This document shows, one piece after another, positions 1 to 9,592 of a stretch of DNA of 64,000 nucleotides (position 1 is the stretch's first letter; each line of letters begins with the position of its first letter). The notes below the pieces were generated by a model. It had not been told where the DNA came from, searched no databases, and saw nothing but the letters and a program-made list of their open reading frames with translations. A program made the position numbers and the translations under genes. The stretch is from Candidatus Bathyarchaeota archaeon (lineage in GTDB: Archaea > Thermoproteota > Bathyarchaeia > Bathyarchaeales > Bathycorpusculaceae), in the NCBI GenBank assembly GCA_963815095.1, contig CAWFFH010000003.1, positions 704,001 to 768,000 of the forward strand, in the 5' to 3' direction.

Positions 1-17
1 GCGGGCTGGTCGATACC

Positions 18-293
18 GTGAACGTTCCAAAAGAAGTAAAGACTTACTGTCCAAAATGTAAAGTTCATCGAACTCACAGTGTAACTCTCTACAAGCCGGG
101 AAAACGCAGAGCCTTAGCAAGAGGCGAACGCCACCATGAACGTGAAAAAGAGGGTTACGGTGGACAAAAATATCCACTGCAACATGAATTCGCAAAAACC
201 ACTAAAAAACAAACTTTGCGCTTAAAATGCAAAGTTTGTAATTACATGCGTCACAAAGACGGTATCCGACTACGAAAACTAGCCATAGTATAA
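18..293 (+). CDS. rpl44e: 50S ribosomal protein L44e (eL42)
   Basis: YCPKC...CKVC zinc ribbon, GYGGQ motif, AKTTKK; first gene of the conserved archaeal rpl44e-rps27e cluster. Confidence 0.97.
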   Translation: MNVPKEVKTYCPKCKVHRTHSVTLYKPGKRRALARGERHHEREKEGYGGQKYPLQHEFAKTTKKQTLRLKCKVCNYMRHKDGIRLRKLAIV

Positions 294-314
294 AATTAAC
301 GGAGTTTAAAAATT

Positions 315-512
315 ATGTCTGAATGGAATAAACTTATCCCGAAACCGCGAAGCGTCTTCCTGCGGGTTAAATGCCAAAAATGCGGTAATGAGCAACTCAT
401 CTTCAGCAACGCAGTTAACAAAATAGTTTGCAATGTCTGCGGCGAAGTGTTGGCTGAACCCAGAGGCGGAAGAGCAAAAATTAACGGTGACGTCCAAGCA
501 GTTCTCGAGTAA
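315..512 (+). CDS. rps27e: 30S ribosomal protein S27e
   Basis: PRSVFLRVKCQKCGNEQLIFS...CNVCG...PRGGRA. Confidence 0.97.
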   Translation: MSEWNKLIPKPRSVFLRVKCQKCGNEQLIFSNAVNKIVCNVCGEVLAEPRGGRAKINGDVQAVLE

Positions 513-527
513 GAAATGAACAGCAAA

Positions 528-584
528 ATGGCTGAGCGTAAGCTAAAAGGCTGGCAGCTTAGCTTTTCTAGAAGGGACGACTAA
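528..584 (+). pseudogene. Probable internally deleted remnant of translation initiation factor aIF2 alpha (18-aa ORF MAERKLKGWQLSFSRRDD)
   Basis: Sits exactly in the aIF2-alpha slot between rps27e and nop10. Its stop abuts the nop10 TTG start. Both ends resemble, from memory, aIF2-alpha termini. An in-frame upstream ATG is at 516. Confidence 0.55.
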
Positions 585-755
585 TTGGTTTGGCAACTCC
601 GCAAATGCGTTAAATGCGAAAAATATACTTTAAACAAAACTAGTTGCCCCTACTGTGGAGGATCAGTCAGAATCCCACATCCAGCCAAATTTTCTCCAGA
701 CGATAAATACCTAAAGTATCGAATGGCTATGAAAAGGAGCGCAGAAGCAGAATGA
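585..755 (+). CDS. nop10: H/ACA RNP protein Nop10 (56 aa, TTG start, not in ORF track)
   Basis: Hand translation MVWQLRKCVKCEKYTLNKTSCPYCGGSVRIPHPAKFSPDDKYLKYR...; HPAKFSPDDKY signature; ATGA overlap with the PAC2 start. Confidence 0.95.
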   Translation: MVWQLRKCVKCEKYTLNKTSCPYCGGSVRIPHPAKFSPDDKYLKYRMAMKRSAEAE

Positions 756-1522
756 AGGAAACCTATATCAAAGAATTTGCTGAAATCCACCCTAACAACC
801 CTATCCTTATCGAAGGTCTGCCTGGCTTAGGACTCGTGGGCAAAATTGCGCTCCGCTACCTAATCAAACAGCTAAAAGCCAAAAAAATTGCTTATCTCTA
901 TTCACCCCACTTTCCATACTTCGTCTTAGTTAACAAAAAGGGTAATGTGCGTTTGCTTAGAGGGGCATTCTATTATTACCAAAACCCCAAAGGAAACGAC
1001 ATCATCCTCTTTACAGGCGATAGCCAAAGCCAAACCATCGAAGGACAATATGAAATCGCGGACAGACTGCTTGACTTCTCGGAAAAACATGGCGTTAAAA
1101 CAATCGCAACTATTGGTGGCTACCGCATGGAACCCAAAGAGAAACCCAAAGTCTTCATAGCAGCAACTTCCCAAGATGTTTTAAACAGGGCGTTGCAAGG
1201 CGGCGCAACATTAAGCACCTCTGGAAGTCCAATCGTTGGTACTGCAGGCCTTATTCTTGGCTTAGCAAAATTCAAAAAAATCGATGCCCTCTGCCTACTT
1301 GGCGAAACACGCGGTTATCTACCTGATCCACTTGCAGCCAAAAGCGTTTTAGAAGTATTAGTGTCAACGTTCAACTTTGACTTGGACCTCACAGGCTTAA
1401 ATGAAGAAATTGCTAAAGCAGAAACAATGGTTACTCGATTACAGCAAATCGAAGAAAAACGCGCTGTACAAGCGGAAGAAAGTAAGAAACAGGAAGACAA
1501 GAAAACAACCTACATTTCTTAA
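752..1522 (+). CDS. Proteasome assembly chaperone, PAC2 family
   Basis: IEGLPGLGLVGKIA, GDSQ, TIGGY, LLGETRGYLPDP; usual neighbour of nop10. Confidence 0.92.
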   Translation: MKETYIKEFAEIHPNNPILIEGLPGLGLVGKIALRYLIKQLKAKKIAYLYSPHFPYFVLVNKKGNVRLLRGAFYYYQNPKGNDIILFTGDSQSQTIEGQYEIADRLLDFSEKHGVKTIATIGGYRMEPKEKPKVFIAATSQDVLNRALQGGATLSTSGSPIVGTAGLILGLAKFKKIDALCLLGETRGYLPDPLAAKSVLEVLVSTFNFDLDLTGLNEEIAKAETMVTRLQQIEEKRAVQAEESKKQEDKKTTYIS

Positions 1523-1636
1523 AGGTCATCCTTCTCTTTTTGTATTAGCCCCATTTGCGGTTACCTATTCAAAATATGAGAAAGTTGAGGTTTTTTCTTC
1601 AACTGGTTTTGAGCATAACTCTAATTTCGTTCACGC

Positions 1637-3688
1637 CTATGTTTTCTTTAGGCATCCTTCTCGAGGCTCATAAATCGTGCCTTCCCGCAGCAGTTGCCCT
1701 ATCATGCGTTCTACTTCGCCCCTTGGAATCTTTTGCTTAGTTTCCAACTCGTTAACAAGCGCATCTTTCTCTACGATGCCTGTTATCTTTTCCATATCCA
1801 TCAGCGTCGATAGTACCACATGTAATCTGTCTCGGATGCTCTTGGGTCTGCCAGTCATAATTAAGTCAATGTCGACTTTGTAAGAGGACATGTCGATTCC
1901 CACTTCCTCAAGCGATCTCTTCATAATTGTTATGGCCGCATCCGCATCTTCAGCCGTGACTTCCTTGCGCAGTGCAACTCGTGCTCTTGCTTCAGAGACT
2001 CGAACCAGTGATTCCAGCTGGCGAGCTGTTATAGCCACAGGTGAGCCTTCGGTTTCGCTTGCTGAACGCATCGCTAAGTAAAAGTCGCTTAGGCGGTTTA
2101 ATGCGTCCATGCTTAATTCTGGCTTGATGCTCTTAGCAAAACTGACATATTTTCGCAAAAGCTCCGCATCAACCTGTGCTTCTACAGGGCTTACTCCTCT
2201 TCGATGAATTTCCAAAATATGTCTGGACATTTTGCCGTCCGATTCCTTGTTTGGAATGTCTCGGAGAACAAAGATTAAGTCAAAACGCGACAGGATAGTT
2301 ACTGGCAGGGAGATGTTTTCTGCGACGGTTCGGTTAGGTTCGTACCTGCCTAATGATGGGTTTGCTGCAGCAAGAACCGCTGTTCTCGCGTTTAATGTGG
2401 CGACGATGCCTCCTTTTGCAACTGAAACTGTGTGTTGTTCCATGGCTTCGTGGATGGCAACGCGGTCTTCGGGACGCATCTTGTCCATTTCGTCGATGCA
2501 GGCGATTCCTTTGTCGGCGAGAACAAGTGCACCTGCTTCTAGACTCATGCTTCCACCTTTTTCTCGAACTACTGCGGCGGTTAAGCCTGCGGCGGTGGTT
2601 CCTCTGCCCGAGGTGTACAAGCCCCTTGGCGCTATTCTAGCGACGTACTGAAGTAGCTGTGATTTGGCTGTTCCTGGGTCACCGATGAGCAGAGCGTTCA
2701 TTTCGCCTCTCACGTTTACGTCTGGTAGAGTCTTTGAAACTCCGCCAAAGAGCAAATACATTATGGCTTCTTTGATGTGTTCTAAGCCAAAGATTGAGGG
2801 TGCAATCGAGCTCATGATTTTTTTGTGAACTAACGGGTCTTTGGATAATTCAATCATTTTAGCTTCTTCTTCAGGGGTCGGCGGTGAGGTTTCTGGTTCT
2901 TTACCCAAGACTTCTATGGAGTTGGCGTCTAATTGTAAAATGAATGTGCGGAGTTTTCCCATGCCCATTAGTGATGGTGCAAAAGCGCGTACGGTGCCGA
3001 CTATTGAAACGTGGTCTCCTGGTCTTGCAACATCAACTATTTCGTCGCCGATAAGTTTCACAGCTAATACTCGTGGCAATTGTCCTGGAGGTAAATCCTC
3101 TGGTTTTTCTTGTAATCTTAGGTCTTGTGAATCTATGAATGTAGATTCTTCTTGGCTGAATTCAAATGGGCCATCTCTTCCGCAATCTGGAGCAACGCAA
3201 ATTGTTGGCGCTTTGAGAAATTGTCCTGTTTGTTCAACTTGGTTCATGGTACCGCAACGTTTGCATTTGAAAGCTCCTAGCTGAACCATGGGTCGAACAG
3301 GTGTGGCTCTTACAACAATGCCTTCAACCATGATTAGTTTGCTCATTTGCCTTGAGCCGAGTTTTCGAAGTACCTCTTTACCCAGTAGCTTTACAATTCT
3401 AACTATGACTTTCTCTATTTTTTCAGCATATTCCGCGTCTTCGATTCGAAGTTGCTCGTAGGCTCCTTTACCAGCGTGCTGCAAGTAATCCTCAGGCTTG
3501 TTGAGTAGCAGTTCTGCGAGTGCTTGGTCAAATCCGTAAAGTTCTTCAAAATCGATGGTTAACGAGCCCCTTCCGGAAATGGCTAACTGGGCGATTTTTT
3601 GGCGATACTTCTCTTTTTTGAAGAATTCTTGAAAACGCTGCTGAGGATCTATAGTTTCGAGTTTAGCCATCTTACTTTTCTCCAGCAT
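1637..3688 (-). CDS. mcm: MCM replicative helicase
   Basis: C4 zinc finger, GDPGTAKSQ Walker A, IDEMDKM Walker B, SRFD arginine finger; no intein. Confidence 0.98.
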   Translation of the reverse strand: MLEKSKMAKLETIDPQQRFQEFFKKEKYRQKIAQLAISGRGSLTIDFEELYGFDQALAELLLNKPEDYLQHAGKGAYEQLRIEDAEYAEKIEKVIVRIVKLLGKEVLRKLGSRQMSKLIMVEGIVVRATPVRPMVQLGAFKCKRCGTMNQVEQTGQFLKAPTICVAPDCGRDGPFEFSQEESTFIDSQDLRLQEKPEDLPPGQLPRVLAVKLIGDEIVDVARPGDHVSIVGTVRAFAPSLMGMGKLRTFILQLDANSIEVLGKEPETSPPTPEEEAKMIELSKDPLVHKKIMSSIAPSIFGLEHIKEAIMYLLFGGVSKTLPDVNVRGEMNALLIGDPGTAKSQLLQYVARIAPRGLYTSGRGTTAAGLTAAVVREKGGSMSLEAGALVLADKGIACIDEMDKMRPEDRVAIHEAMEQHTVSVAKGGIVATLNARTAVLAAANPSLGRYEPNRTVAENISLPVTILSRFDLIFVLRDIPNKESDGKMSRHILEIHRRGVSPVEAQVDAELLRKYVSFAKSIKPELSMDALNRLSDFYLAMRSASETEGSPVAITARQLESLVRVSEARARVALRKEVTAEDADAAITIMKRSLEEVGIDMSSYKVDIDLIMTGRPKSIRDRLHVVLSTLMDMEKITGIVEKDALVNELETKQKIPRGEVERMIGQLLREGTIYEPREGCLKKT

Positions 3689-4250
3689 TCTCTAAAATTC
3701 TAGTTTTCCATTCAGAAATGATTTTGACAAGTTGTTCATAGACAAGTCTTTCTTCGCTTGTGAATTTTTTCAGAACTTGATCGCTTTGGGCTGGCGCAGC
3801 AGATATAGCAACTATCTTCTTTAATCGTGAATTCACGATGTCGCGTGCTAATTGCCTTGCGCGATCATATTCTTGGAATTTAATTGAGTCAGGCTGTTTT
3901 GAGGTTTGATCTTTGAGATCCCCAATGAATCTGCGGAGTTTTGGGTAAAAATCGCCTGGCAACTCTGAAATTTGCCCGGGAATTTGTACGCCTTCTTTCC
4001 ATTGCACCTGAAACAATTTAGTTGCGTCAAGCGTTTCGCCTTCCCGAAAATGCACCATACCTGCGGCAGCGAGTTGTTTTGCTACCCAAAAATAAATTTC
4101 ATATTCGTTGCCTTCATCGAAGGGGCCCACAGTTAAGCCTGCAAGCTTGATTTCTGGGCAGTTGCGGTTGGCTACGATTTTAACTAGGGAGTTTTCATAG
4201 CAAAAGTCCAAAGTGCATATTTTCGCTGCCAAATCCCTATTCCCTCTCAA
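3672..4250 (-). CDS. GINS subunit, Gins23 type
   Basis: N-terminal beta domain (GPFDEG...FWVA) then helical domain (DFY...RLKKI...EE); overlaps the mcm start. Confidence 0.8.
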   Translation of the reverse strand: MRGNRDLAAKICTLDFCYENSLVKIVANRNCPEIKLAGLTVGPFDEGNEYEIYFWVAKQLAAAGMVHFREGETLDATKLFQVQWKEGVQIPGQISELPGDFYPKLRRFIGDLKDQTSKQPDSIKFQEYDRARQLARDIVNSRLKKIVAISAAPAQSDQVLKKFTSEERLVYEQLVKIISEWKTRILENAGEK

Positions 4251-4386
4251 TCAGATTGCCCTTAACGGGATTCAACACATATAACAAATAGAGTTTTAAG
4301 GATTGCTAGAAAAACAAATTCAAAGAAAACCAGTGCTTGAATGCATTGATTTGAAAAAATAGATTTGTTTACGATGGATGTGGTTT

Positions 4387-5637
4387 TTATGGCCATAATC
4401 CTAGGACTTTTATGGCGTTCGCCACTCTGCCTACACCAAGCATTAAAGCTCCTGTGCGCATGTCGCTCTCTTCCTTAGCTACAATCGCTTCCACATCGTT
4501 GAAGGCTTTAGTCATCTTTTCCTCAAGCTTCCGGTTAACCACTTCTAGCGGCCACTGCTCTCGCGTAAGATTCTGTACCCACTCAAAGTAGCTGACCGTG
4601 ACACCGCCGCTGTTGGCGAGTATATCTGGGATTAGGCAGATTTCTTTTTCATAGAGAATTTTGTCCGCTTCCGGGGTGGATGGTCCGTTTGCGGCTTCAG
4701 CGACCATATGAGTGTTAATCTTGTCGGCGTTCTTGCGGGTAATTTGATTTTCAAGTGCTGCGGGGATTAGTACGTCGCATTCAAGCTCCAATAATTCCTC
4801 GTTTGTAATGTTTTTGCAGTCCTTGTAGTTTTGGACAGTGCCCGTTTTTTCTTTATGTGCTAAAACGTCTGGGGGGTTTAAGCCGTCTGTGCATCGGATT
4901 CCGCCTGTGGAGTCGCTTACCGCTATGACTTTGCAGCCGATTTCTTGTGCTGTCAACGCTGCGTGGTAGCCAACGTTGCCAAAGCCCTGAATAACAACTG
5001 GTGCTCCGTTAAGTTTCAATCCATTATTCTCTGAAGCTTGTTTTACGCAGTGGATTACGCCCCTTCCTGTGGCTTCGGTTCTACCCCACGACCCGCCAAT
5101 CTCAACAGGTTTGCCGGTGGCACTTTCGGGAATTCTATAGCCTTTAAGTTGGCTATAAGTGTCCATTATCCACGCCATTGTTTGCGAGTCAGTGTACATG
5201 TCTGGCGCGGGGATGTCCATGTGGGGACCTAGGTACTCTGAGATTAAGCTGACGTACCTGCGGGTTAACCGTTCCAATTCATGTTGGCTGAGTTTTTTGG
5301 TGTCGACGCATATGCCGCCTTTGGCTCCACCGAACGGTATATTGGCGATGGCGCATTTCCAAGTCATAAGCATCGCAAGCGCGGTAACTTCGTCAATTGT
5401 TATTCCAGGAGAATATCGTATTCCGCCTTTGAAGGGTCCACGTGCGTCCCAATGCTGAACACGAACACCATTAAACACGTTGACTGCGCCATTGTCCATT
5501 CGAATGTCGATGCTAACGGAGATGGAGCGTTTGGGTTGGCTGAGCATCTTGTGCATTCCGGAATCAAGTTTCAACTTTTTGGATGCCAATTTTAGTTGAG
5601 ATAAAGCAACAGAAAGTGGTGTGTGTTCTTCCGACAT
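4387..5637 (-). CDS. gdhA: Glutamate dehydrogenase (Glu/Leu/Phe/Val dehydrogenase family)
   Basis: GPFKGGIRY, MTWKCA, GGAKGG, DIPAPD, QGFGNVG, EAANGP, SYFEWVQN. Confidence 0.95.
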   Translation of the reverse strand: MSEEHTPLSVALSQLKLASKKLKLDSGMHKMLSQPKRSISVSIDIRMDNGAVNVFNGVRVQHWDARGPFKGGIRYSPGITIDEVTALAMLMTWKCAIANIPFGGAKGGICVDTKKLSQHELERLTRRYVSLISEYLGPHMDIPAPDMYTDSQTMAWIMDTYSQLKGYRIPESATGKPVEIGGSWGRTEATGRGVIHCVKQASENNGLKLNGAPVVIQGFGNVGYHAALTAQEIGCKVIAVSDSTGGIRCTDGLNPPDVLAHKEKTGTVQNYKDCKNITNEELLELECDVLIPAALENQITRKNADKINTHMVAEAANGPSTPEADKILYEKEICLIPDILANSGGVTVSYFEWVQNLTREQWPLEVVNRKLEEKMTKAFNDVEAIVAKEESDMRTGALMLGVGRVANAIKVLGLWP

Positions 5638-5862
5638 AAAGCAAGCCTTCTATTACTAACTGTTAATCGGATTAGCTAGATAAGAATTTTGTGTGTTTGG
5701 TTGATGCTTTCGTATACGGAATGGTTAATTTTGTTCTTCCTTTTTGTCTATAGAAATTGGCAATCGATAATCTGGACATAAATGTATCATACGCCAAGTC
5801 ATTATCTAAAAAATTGGCAATTATATTATTAATAGTTAAAAAGCGAGTCTTTTGAACTACAC

Positions 5863-6201
5863 TTAAAATTTTACAAGGTATTCTTCAGACTGTTTCCTAT
5901 CTCTCAAACACTGGGGACAAACACAACTAAACGGCAAATTCTTAGTAGTGCACAGTTCGTCGTATTTGCAGTCGTCACACGCAAAGTCTTTACCACAGCG
6001 CGTGCAGCTTTGGAGAAAAACCACGTCGGTATTTAGGATACTTCTGATCAAGTCCATGAGGTTTTCGATGTCGTTGCAGCTTTTAACGGAGTAGAGGAAT
6101 TCTTCTCGGTTGTAGCTTAGCCCTGCGTTTATCAGGCGCATGAACTTTTCTTTTTCAACTCGAGGAAGCTTAAACCCCTTCTTGTTTAAAACCGTACCCA
6201 A
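5863..6201 (-). CDS. Hypothetical protein with Cys-rich C-terminal zinc-binding domain
   Basis: CTRC-CDDC-C-CVCPQC; co-oriented just downstream of rfcL. Confidence 0.7.
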   Translation of the reverse strand: MGTVLNKKGFKLPRVEKEKFMRLINAGLSYNREEFLYSVKSCNDIENLMDLIRSILNTDVVFLQSCTRCGKDFACDDCKYDELCTTKNLPFSCVCPQCLRDRKQSEEYLVKF

Positions 6202-6206
6202 GGAGC

Positions 6207-7451
6207 TCAGAACCTGTTCATTTTGATTAGAAAATCAACTTCTTCGGGCGTAAACTTGAAGTATTCAGCGAGCGGAGCTGCGTTTGGTTTCTGCAAAAGC
6301 ATCTTCACGAAAGGAACAAAATCGCGTTTTGCCGTCGCGTGGGAAACGTGGCATTGGGCTCCTATTTTGCCGCAGATCCCGTCGAGCATGGTTCTTTTGC
6401 CCTTGGTCCAGAATAGTGTGATGATGCGGATTGGCGGCGTAATCAGCGTGAAGGGTTTGGAGGATTCTGGGTTAACAGCAGCCGCTTGTGAGAGGGAATT
6501 GAAGAAGTATTTTAGTAGATGCCAGTTTTCTGTTCCGATTCTGCCGCGGAAAACGTCAGCTTGCGAAATAAAATCGTATGCGGCTGCAAGCTCCGTTGGG
6601 TCGGTGTACCTTTTGGGGAGGTTGTCGCTTACAGATAGCAGGAAATCGTCGTAGTCGATGCTTGAGTAGCTGAGCAGGCTGGATGCTTCGGCGATGGATT
6701 TTGTCGTGAAGTACCCTCTGAGGGTGTCATCCATGCTGATGTCCTTGTTTCTTGAACTCAAAAGCACTGTGTCCTGCAATGTCAAATTATGCGTTCCTTC
6801 GCTGAGGCTTTGCAGGTCATTTATGGCTGAGCGGATGTCGCCTCGGCTGTTCTCGGCAATTCTCTCCAGCGCCTCAAACTCCGCTTTCACATGTTCCAAC
6901 AGGCATATTTTTTGCAGAAGCGCGATTACCAGTGGGATGCGTATTTGCTGGAAACGTATGAGTAGGCACACTTTCTTTAGCGGACGCAGTTTATCCGCGT
7001 CGGGGTCGTTGGCGGCCATTATGACTGGGGTGCGTGCTTCCTCGACGATTTTGATGATTGCGCCCACGCCGCCGCGGTCTTCGTTGCCTGCGATGCCGTC
7101 CACTTCGTCGAGGAACAGAATGTTACCTTTACCCTTGGCTTGGGTTGGGCCAGAAAAATTATCCAAAGCCACATACGACGTGGCAGGTTTAGCGACGGCG
7201 TTTATGGCTTTTTCTGAGCGGGTGTCGCTGGCGTTCATCTCGATGATGGTGAAGTCGAATTCTCTTGCGGCAGCGTTAGCCAATGCGGTTTTTCCCACAC
7301 CAGGCGGTCCATAGAGCAGCACGGCTTTTTTGCTTTTGCGTTTGCTTTTAAGCCACTCGACAAAGGATGCTTTAGCTTCTTCGTTGCCAACGATGTCTTC
7401 TATCTTTTTTGGGCGATACTTTTCAACCCATAAAAGATCATTTCGCAGCAT
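6207..7451 (-). CDS. rfcL: Replication factor C large subunit
   Basis: WVEKYRP, GPPGVGKT, EMNASD, LDEVDG, GDIRSAINDLQ. Confidence 0.95.
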   Translation of the reverse strand: MLRNDLLWVEKYRPKKIEDIVGNEEAKASFVEWLKSKRKSKKAVLLYGPPGVGKTALANAAAREFDFTIIEMNASDTRSEKAINAVAKPATSYVALDNFSGPTQAKGKGNILFLDEVDGIAGNEDRGGVGAIIKIVEEARTPVIMAANDPDADKLRPLKKVCLLIRFQQIRIPLVIALLQKICLLEHVKAEFEALERIAENSRGDIRSAINDLQSLSEGTHNLTLQDTVLLSSRNKDISMDDTLRGYFTTKSIAEASSLLSYSSIDYDDFLLSVSDNLPKRYTDPTELAAAYDFISQADVFRGRIGTENWHLLKYFFNSLSQAAAVNPESSKPFTLITPPIRIITLFWTKGKRTMLDGICGKIGAQCHVSHATAKRDFVPFVKMLLQKPNAAPLAEYFKFTPEEVDFLIKMNRF

Positions 7452-8445
7452 AATTTTCCTCTACATGTTTCCCAAATTTGGCAAACTGAGCCAATAACGC
7501 GCTTAGCTGGATGTCGCTGTTGGCGCCCTGCGTTAGGCGGTAATCGTATTCGCCGATGATGTTTGATATTTCAGCTTTTTGCTCGGGCGTTAAATCGGAC
7601 ATCTTGAAAATTTCCCGTTGAACTTGGCGGATGATTTCATTGCCTGAGAAGCCAAACGACCCCATTATTTCATACATGGTTTTCCGTGCCTCGATGAAGT
7701 CGCCGTAGAGTGCTTTGCGAATCATCTTTTGGACTTGCATGGGGCTTGCTTCGCCTATGACCAGCGAAACCGTCTTTTCATCCACACAATTCGGTTTGTA
7801 CGCCGACGCTGTCTGCAACGCGTTTATGGCGTGCCTTAGGTCGCCTTCGGAGTAATCCACAATTCTCTCCGCAGCTTCAGGCTGAAGGGTGATGTTTTCT
7901 TTTTTGGCGATGCATTGAAGCTGGTCTTTCATGGCTTGTTTGTCCAGTCGTGAGAAGCGGAAGATGGCGCAACGGCTTTGGATCGGCTCGATGATTTTAC
8001 TGGATTGGTTACAAATTAGGACGAATCTGGATGTGCGGCTGCTTGTTTCCATTATGCGTCTTAGTGCAGTTTGGGCGGGTCCAGTCATCTGGTCACACTC
8101 ATCCAAAATGATAAGTGCAAATGGGATGTCGCCAAAACCAGATCGGCTGTAACGTGAGAAATCTTTGATTCGATCGCGAACGGTGTCGATGCCTCTCTCG
8201 TCAGAAGCGTTGAGTTCTAAGGTAAAGTTTCTCCAGTTTGCCCCATACAATTCATGGGCTATAGCAAGGGCGATGGTGGTTTTTCCCGTGCCTGGAATCC
8301 CAGCCAGCATCAAGTGCGGCATTGTTTTTGGGTTGCGCATGAACGCTTTGAGACTATCAGTGATATCTTTTAAGCCCACGACGTCGTCGAGGGTTTTAGG
8401 TCGGTACTTCTCGACCCACATAAGTGCTTCTTCATTAACGGACAT
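7438..8445 (-). CDS. rfcS: Replication factor C small subunit
   Basis: WVEKYRP, GTGKTT, LNASDERGID, AQTALRR, IQSRC motif; no intein. Confidence 0.97.
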   Translation of the reverse strand: MSVNEEALMWVEKYRPKTLDDVVGLKDITDSLKAFMRNPKTMPHLMLAGIPGTGKTTIALAIAHELYGANWRNFTLELNASDERGIDTVRDRIKDFSRYSRSGFGDIPFALIILDECDQMTGPAQTALRRIMETSSRTSRFVLICNQSSKIIEPIQSRCAIFRFSRLDKQAMKDQLQCIAKKENITLQPEAAERIVDYSEGDLRHAINALQTASAYKPNCVDEKTVSLVIGEASPMQVQKMIRKALYGDFIEARKTMYEIMGSFGFSGNEIIRQVQREIFKMSDLTPEQKAEISNIIGEYDYRLTQGANSDIQLSALLAQFAKFGKHVEENYAAK

Positions 8446-8531
8446 AAGTTAACCTTCCACAATAAATTACAATGACTCACTATAATTACTATTTTATCTT
8501 TCTCTAGCATTAAAGAGGGACTCGAGCTGGA

Positions 8532-8891
8532 TTAGCCGATTTTGCTGCCTTCAGCTATGTCTTTTTCTGGTTGCAACACGGTGACGTTGCCCGCTGCATC
8601 CTCAGCCGCTAAAATCATAGCTTGCGATTCCAACCCCGCAATCATACGCCGCTGCAAGTTGAGGAGAAACACACATTTTTTATCCACCAACTCCTCAGGC
8701 TTGTAGAATTTGAGTAATCCAGCGATACATTGGCGTTTCTCGGTTCCGAAGTCTACTTGGATTTTGAGGAGTTTCTTGGATTCGGGAACGGCGGATGCCT
8801 CGATGATTTTTCCGACTCTTAAGTCGATTTTTTCGAAGTAGTCAAATGTAATTTCTTCTGTCGGCTTATTTTCTTCTGTCATTCTTTTCAC
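8532..8891 (-). CDS. tRNA-binding OB-fold protein (Trbp111/CsaA/MetG C-terminal-like)
   Basis: FEKIDLRVGKI, KLLKIQVDFG, ESQAMILAA. Confidence 0.9.
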   Translation of the reverse strand: MKRMTEENKPTEEITFDYFEKIDLRVGKIIEASAVPESKKLLKIQVDFGTEKRQCIAGLLKFYKPEELVDKKCVFLLNLQRRMIAGLESQAMILAAEDAAGNVTVLQPEKDIAEGSKIG

Positions 8892-8924
8892 GCTTAAACG
8901 TAGGTATTTCCTTTTTGGGGATAT

Positions 8925-9584
8925 TTACTTTGCCTTCTCTGCTAATTCAAGCCTAGTTTTGGTTGCCAGATTGTGTGCTTGCAGCAGCGGCTCGGGAATT
9001 CTGGTTCTCGAACAATGCCTAACAATTTTTACCGCTGTTTCAAGAGAAACCCTGTAGCCGATGCTAACATAGACGGGTTTGGCGCTTAGTTTTGTAGTGA
9101 CTACTTCACCGATAACTTCGCCCTTGTCAACAAGCAAGGTTCTGCCCTCCTTTTCCAGTTGCGTTCCGATCAGCCTGCTCTTTGCTGCCCCAATAGTCGG
9201 TTTCCCTAAAGATAGGCCAAGATGGCTGGCGAATCCGCACCTGTAAGGATGTGCCAACCCTTGTGCATCAACAAGGAAAAGGTCTGGTTGAAACTTCAAC
9301 TTTTTGATTGCTGCCATCGCAGGCGGAATTTCCCTAAACGACAGCAAGGTTGGGATATAAGGCATTTTTACTTCGCAAACTGCAATCTGCGCCTCCAAAA
9401 GTTCCAGGGACTCATAATCCATAACCGTTACTACGCCAATGCCCAAACTGCCACTATAATGAACATCCACCCCACCCACAGTTCCGATTTTCTTGGGCAA
9501 AATATCCTCTAAAATCAGCTTTTTTGAAAGGCAGACCTGTGTTTTGTGGGCTTTTTTTACAGAAAAATTCTTTGAAAGTTTCAA
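8925..9584 (-). CDS. nfi: Endonuclease V
   Basis: GGVD, PYIPTLLSFRE, VDAQGLAHP, GAAKSRL, RIPEPL. Confidence 0.95.
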   Translation of the reverse strand: MKLSKNFSVKKAHKTQVCLSKKLILEDILPKKIGTVGGVDVHYSGSLGIGVVTVMDYESLELLEAQIAVCEVKMPYIPTLLSFREIPPAMAAIKKLKFQPDLFLVDAQGLAHPYRCGFASHLGLSLGKPTIGAAKSRLIGTQLEKEGRTLLVDKGEVIGEVVTTKLSAKPVYVSIGYRVSLETAVKIVRHCSRTRIPEPLLQAHNLATKTRLELAEKAK

Positions 9585-9592
9585 TACAATTG

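Noticed and set aside
1637-8445. Inteins in MCM or RFC
   Set aside because: Lengths are normal and the motifs around Walker A are contiguous.
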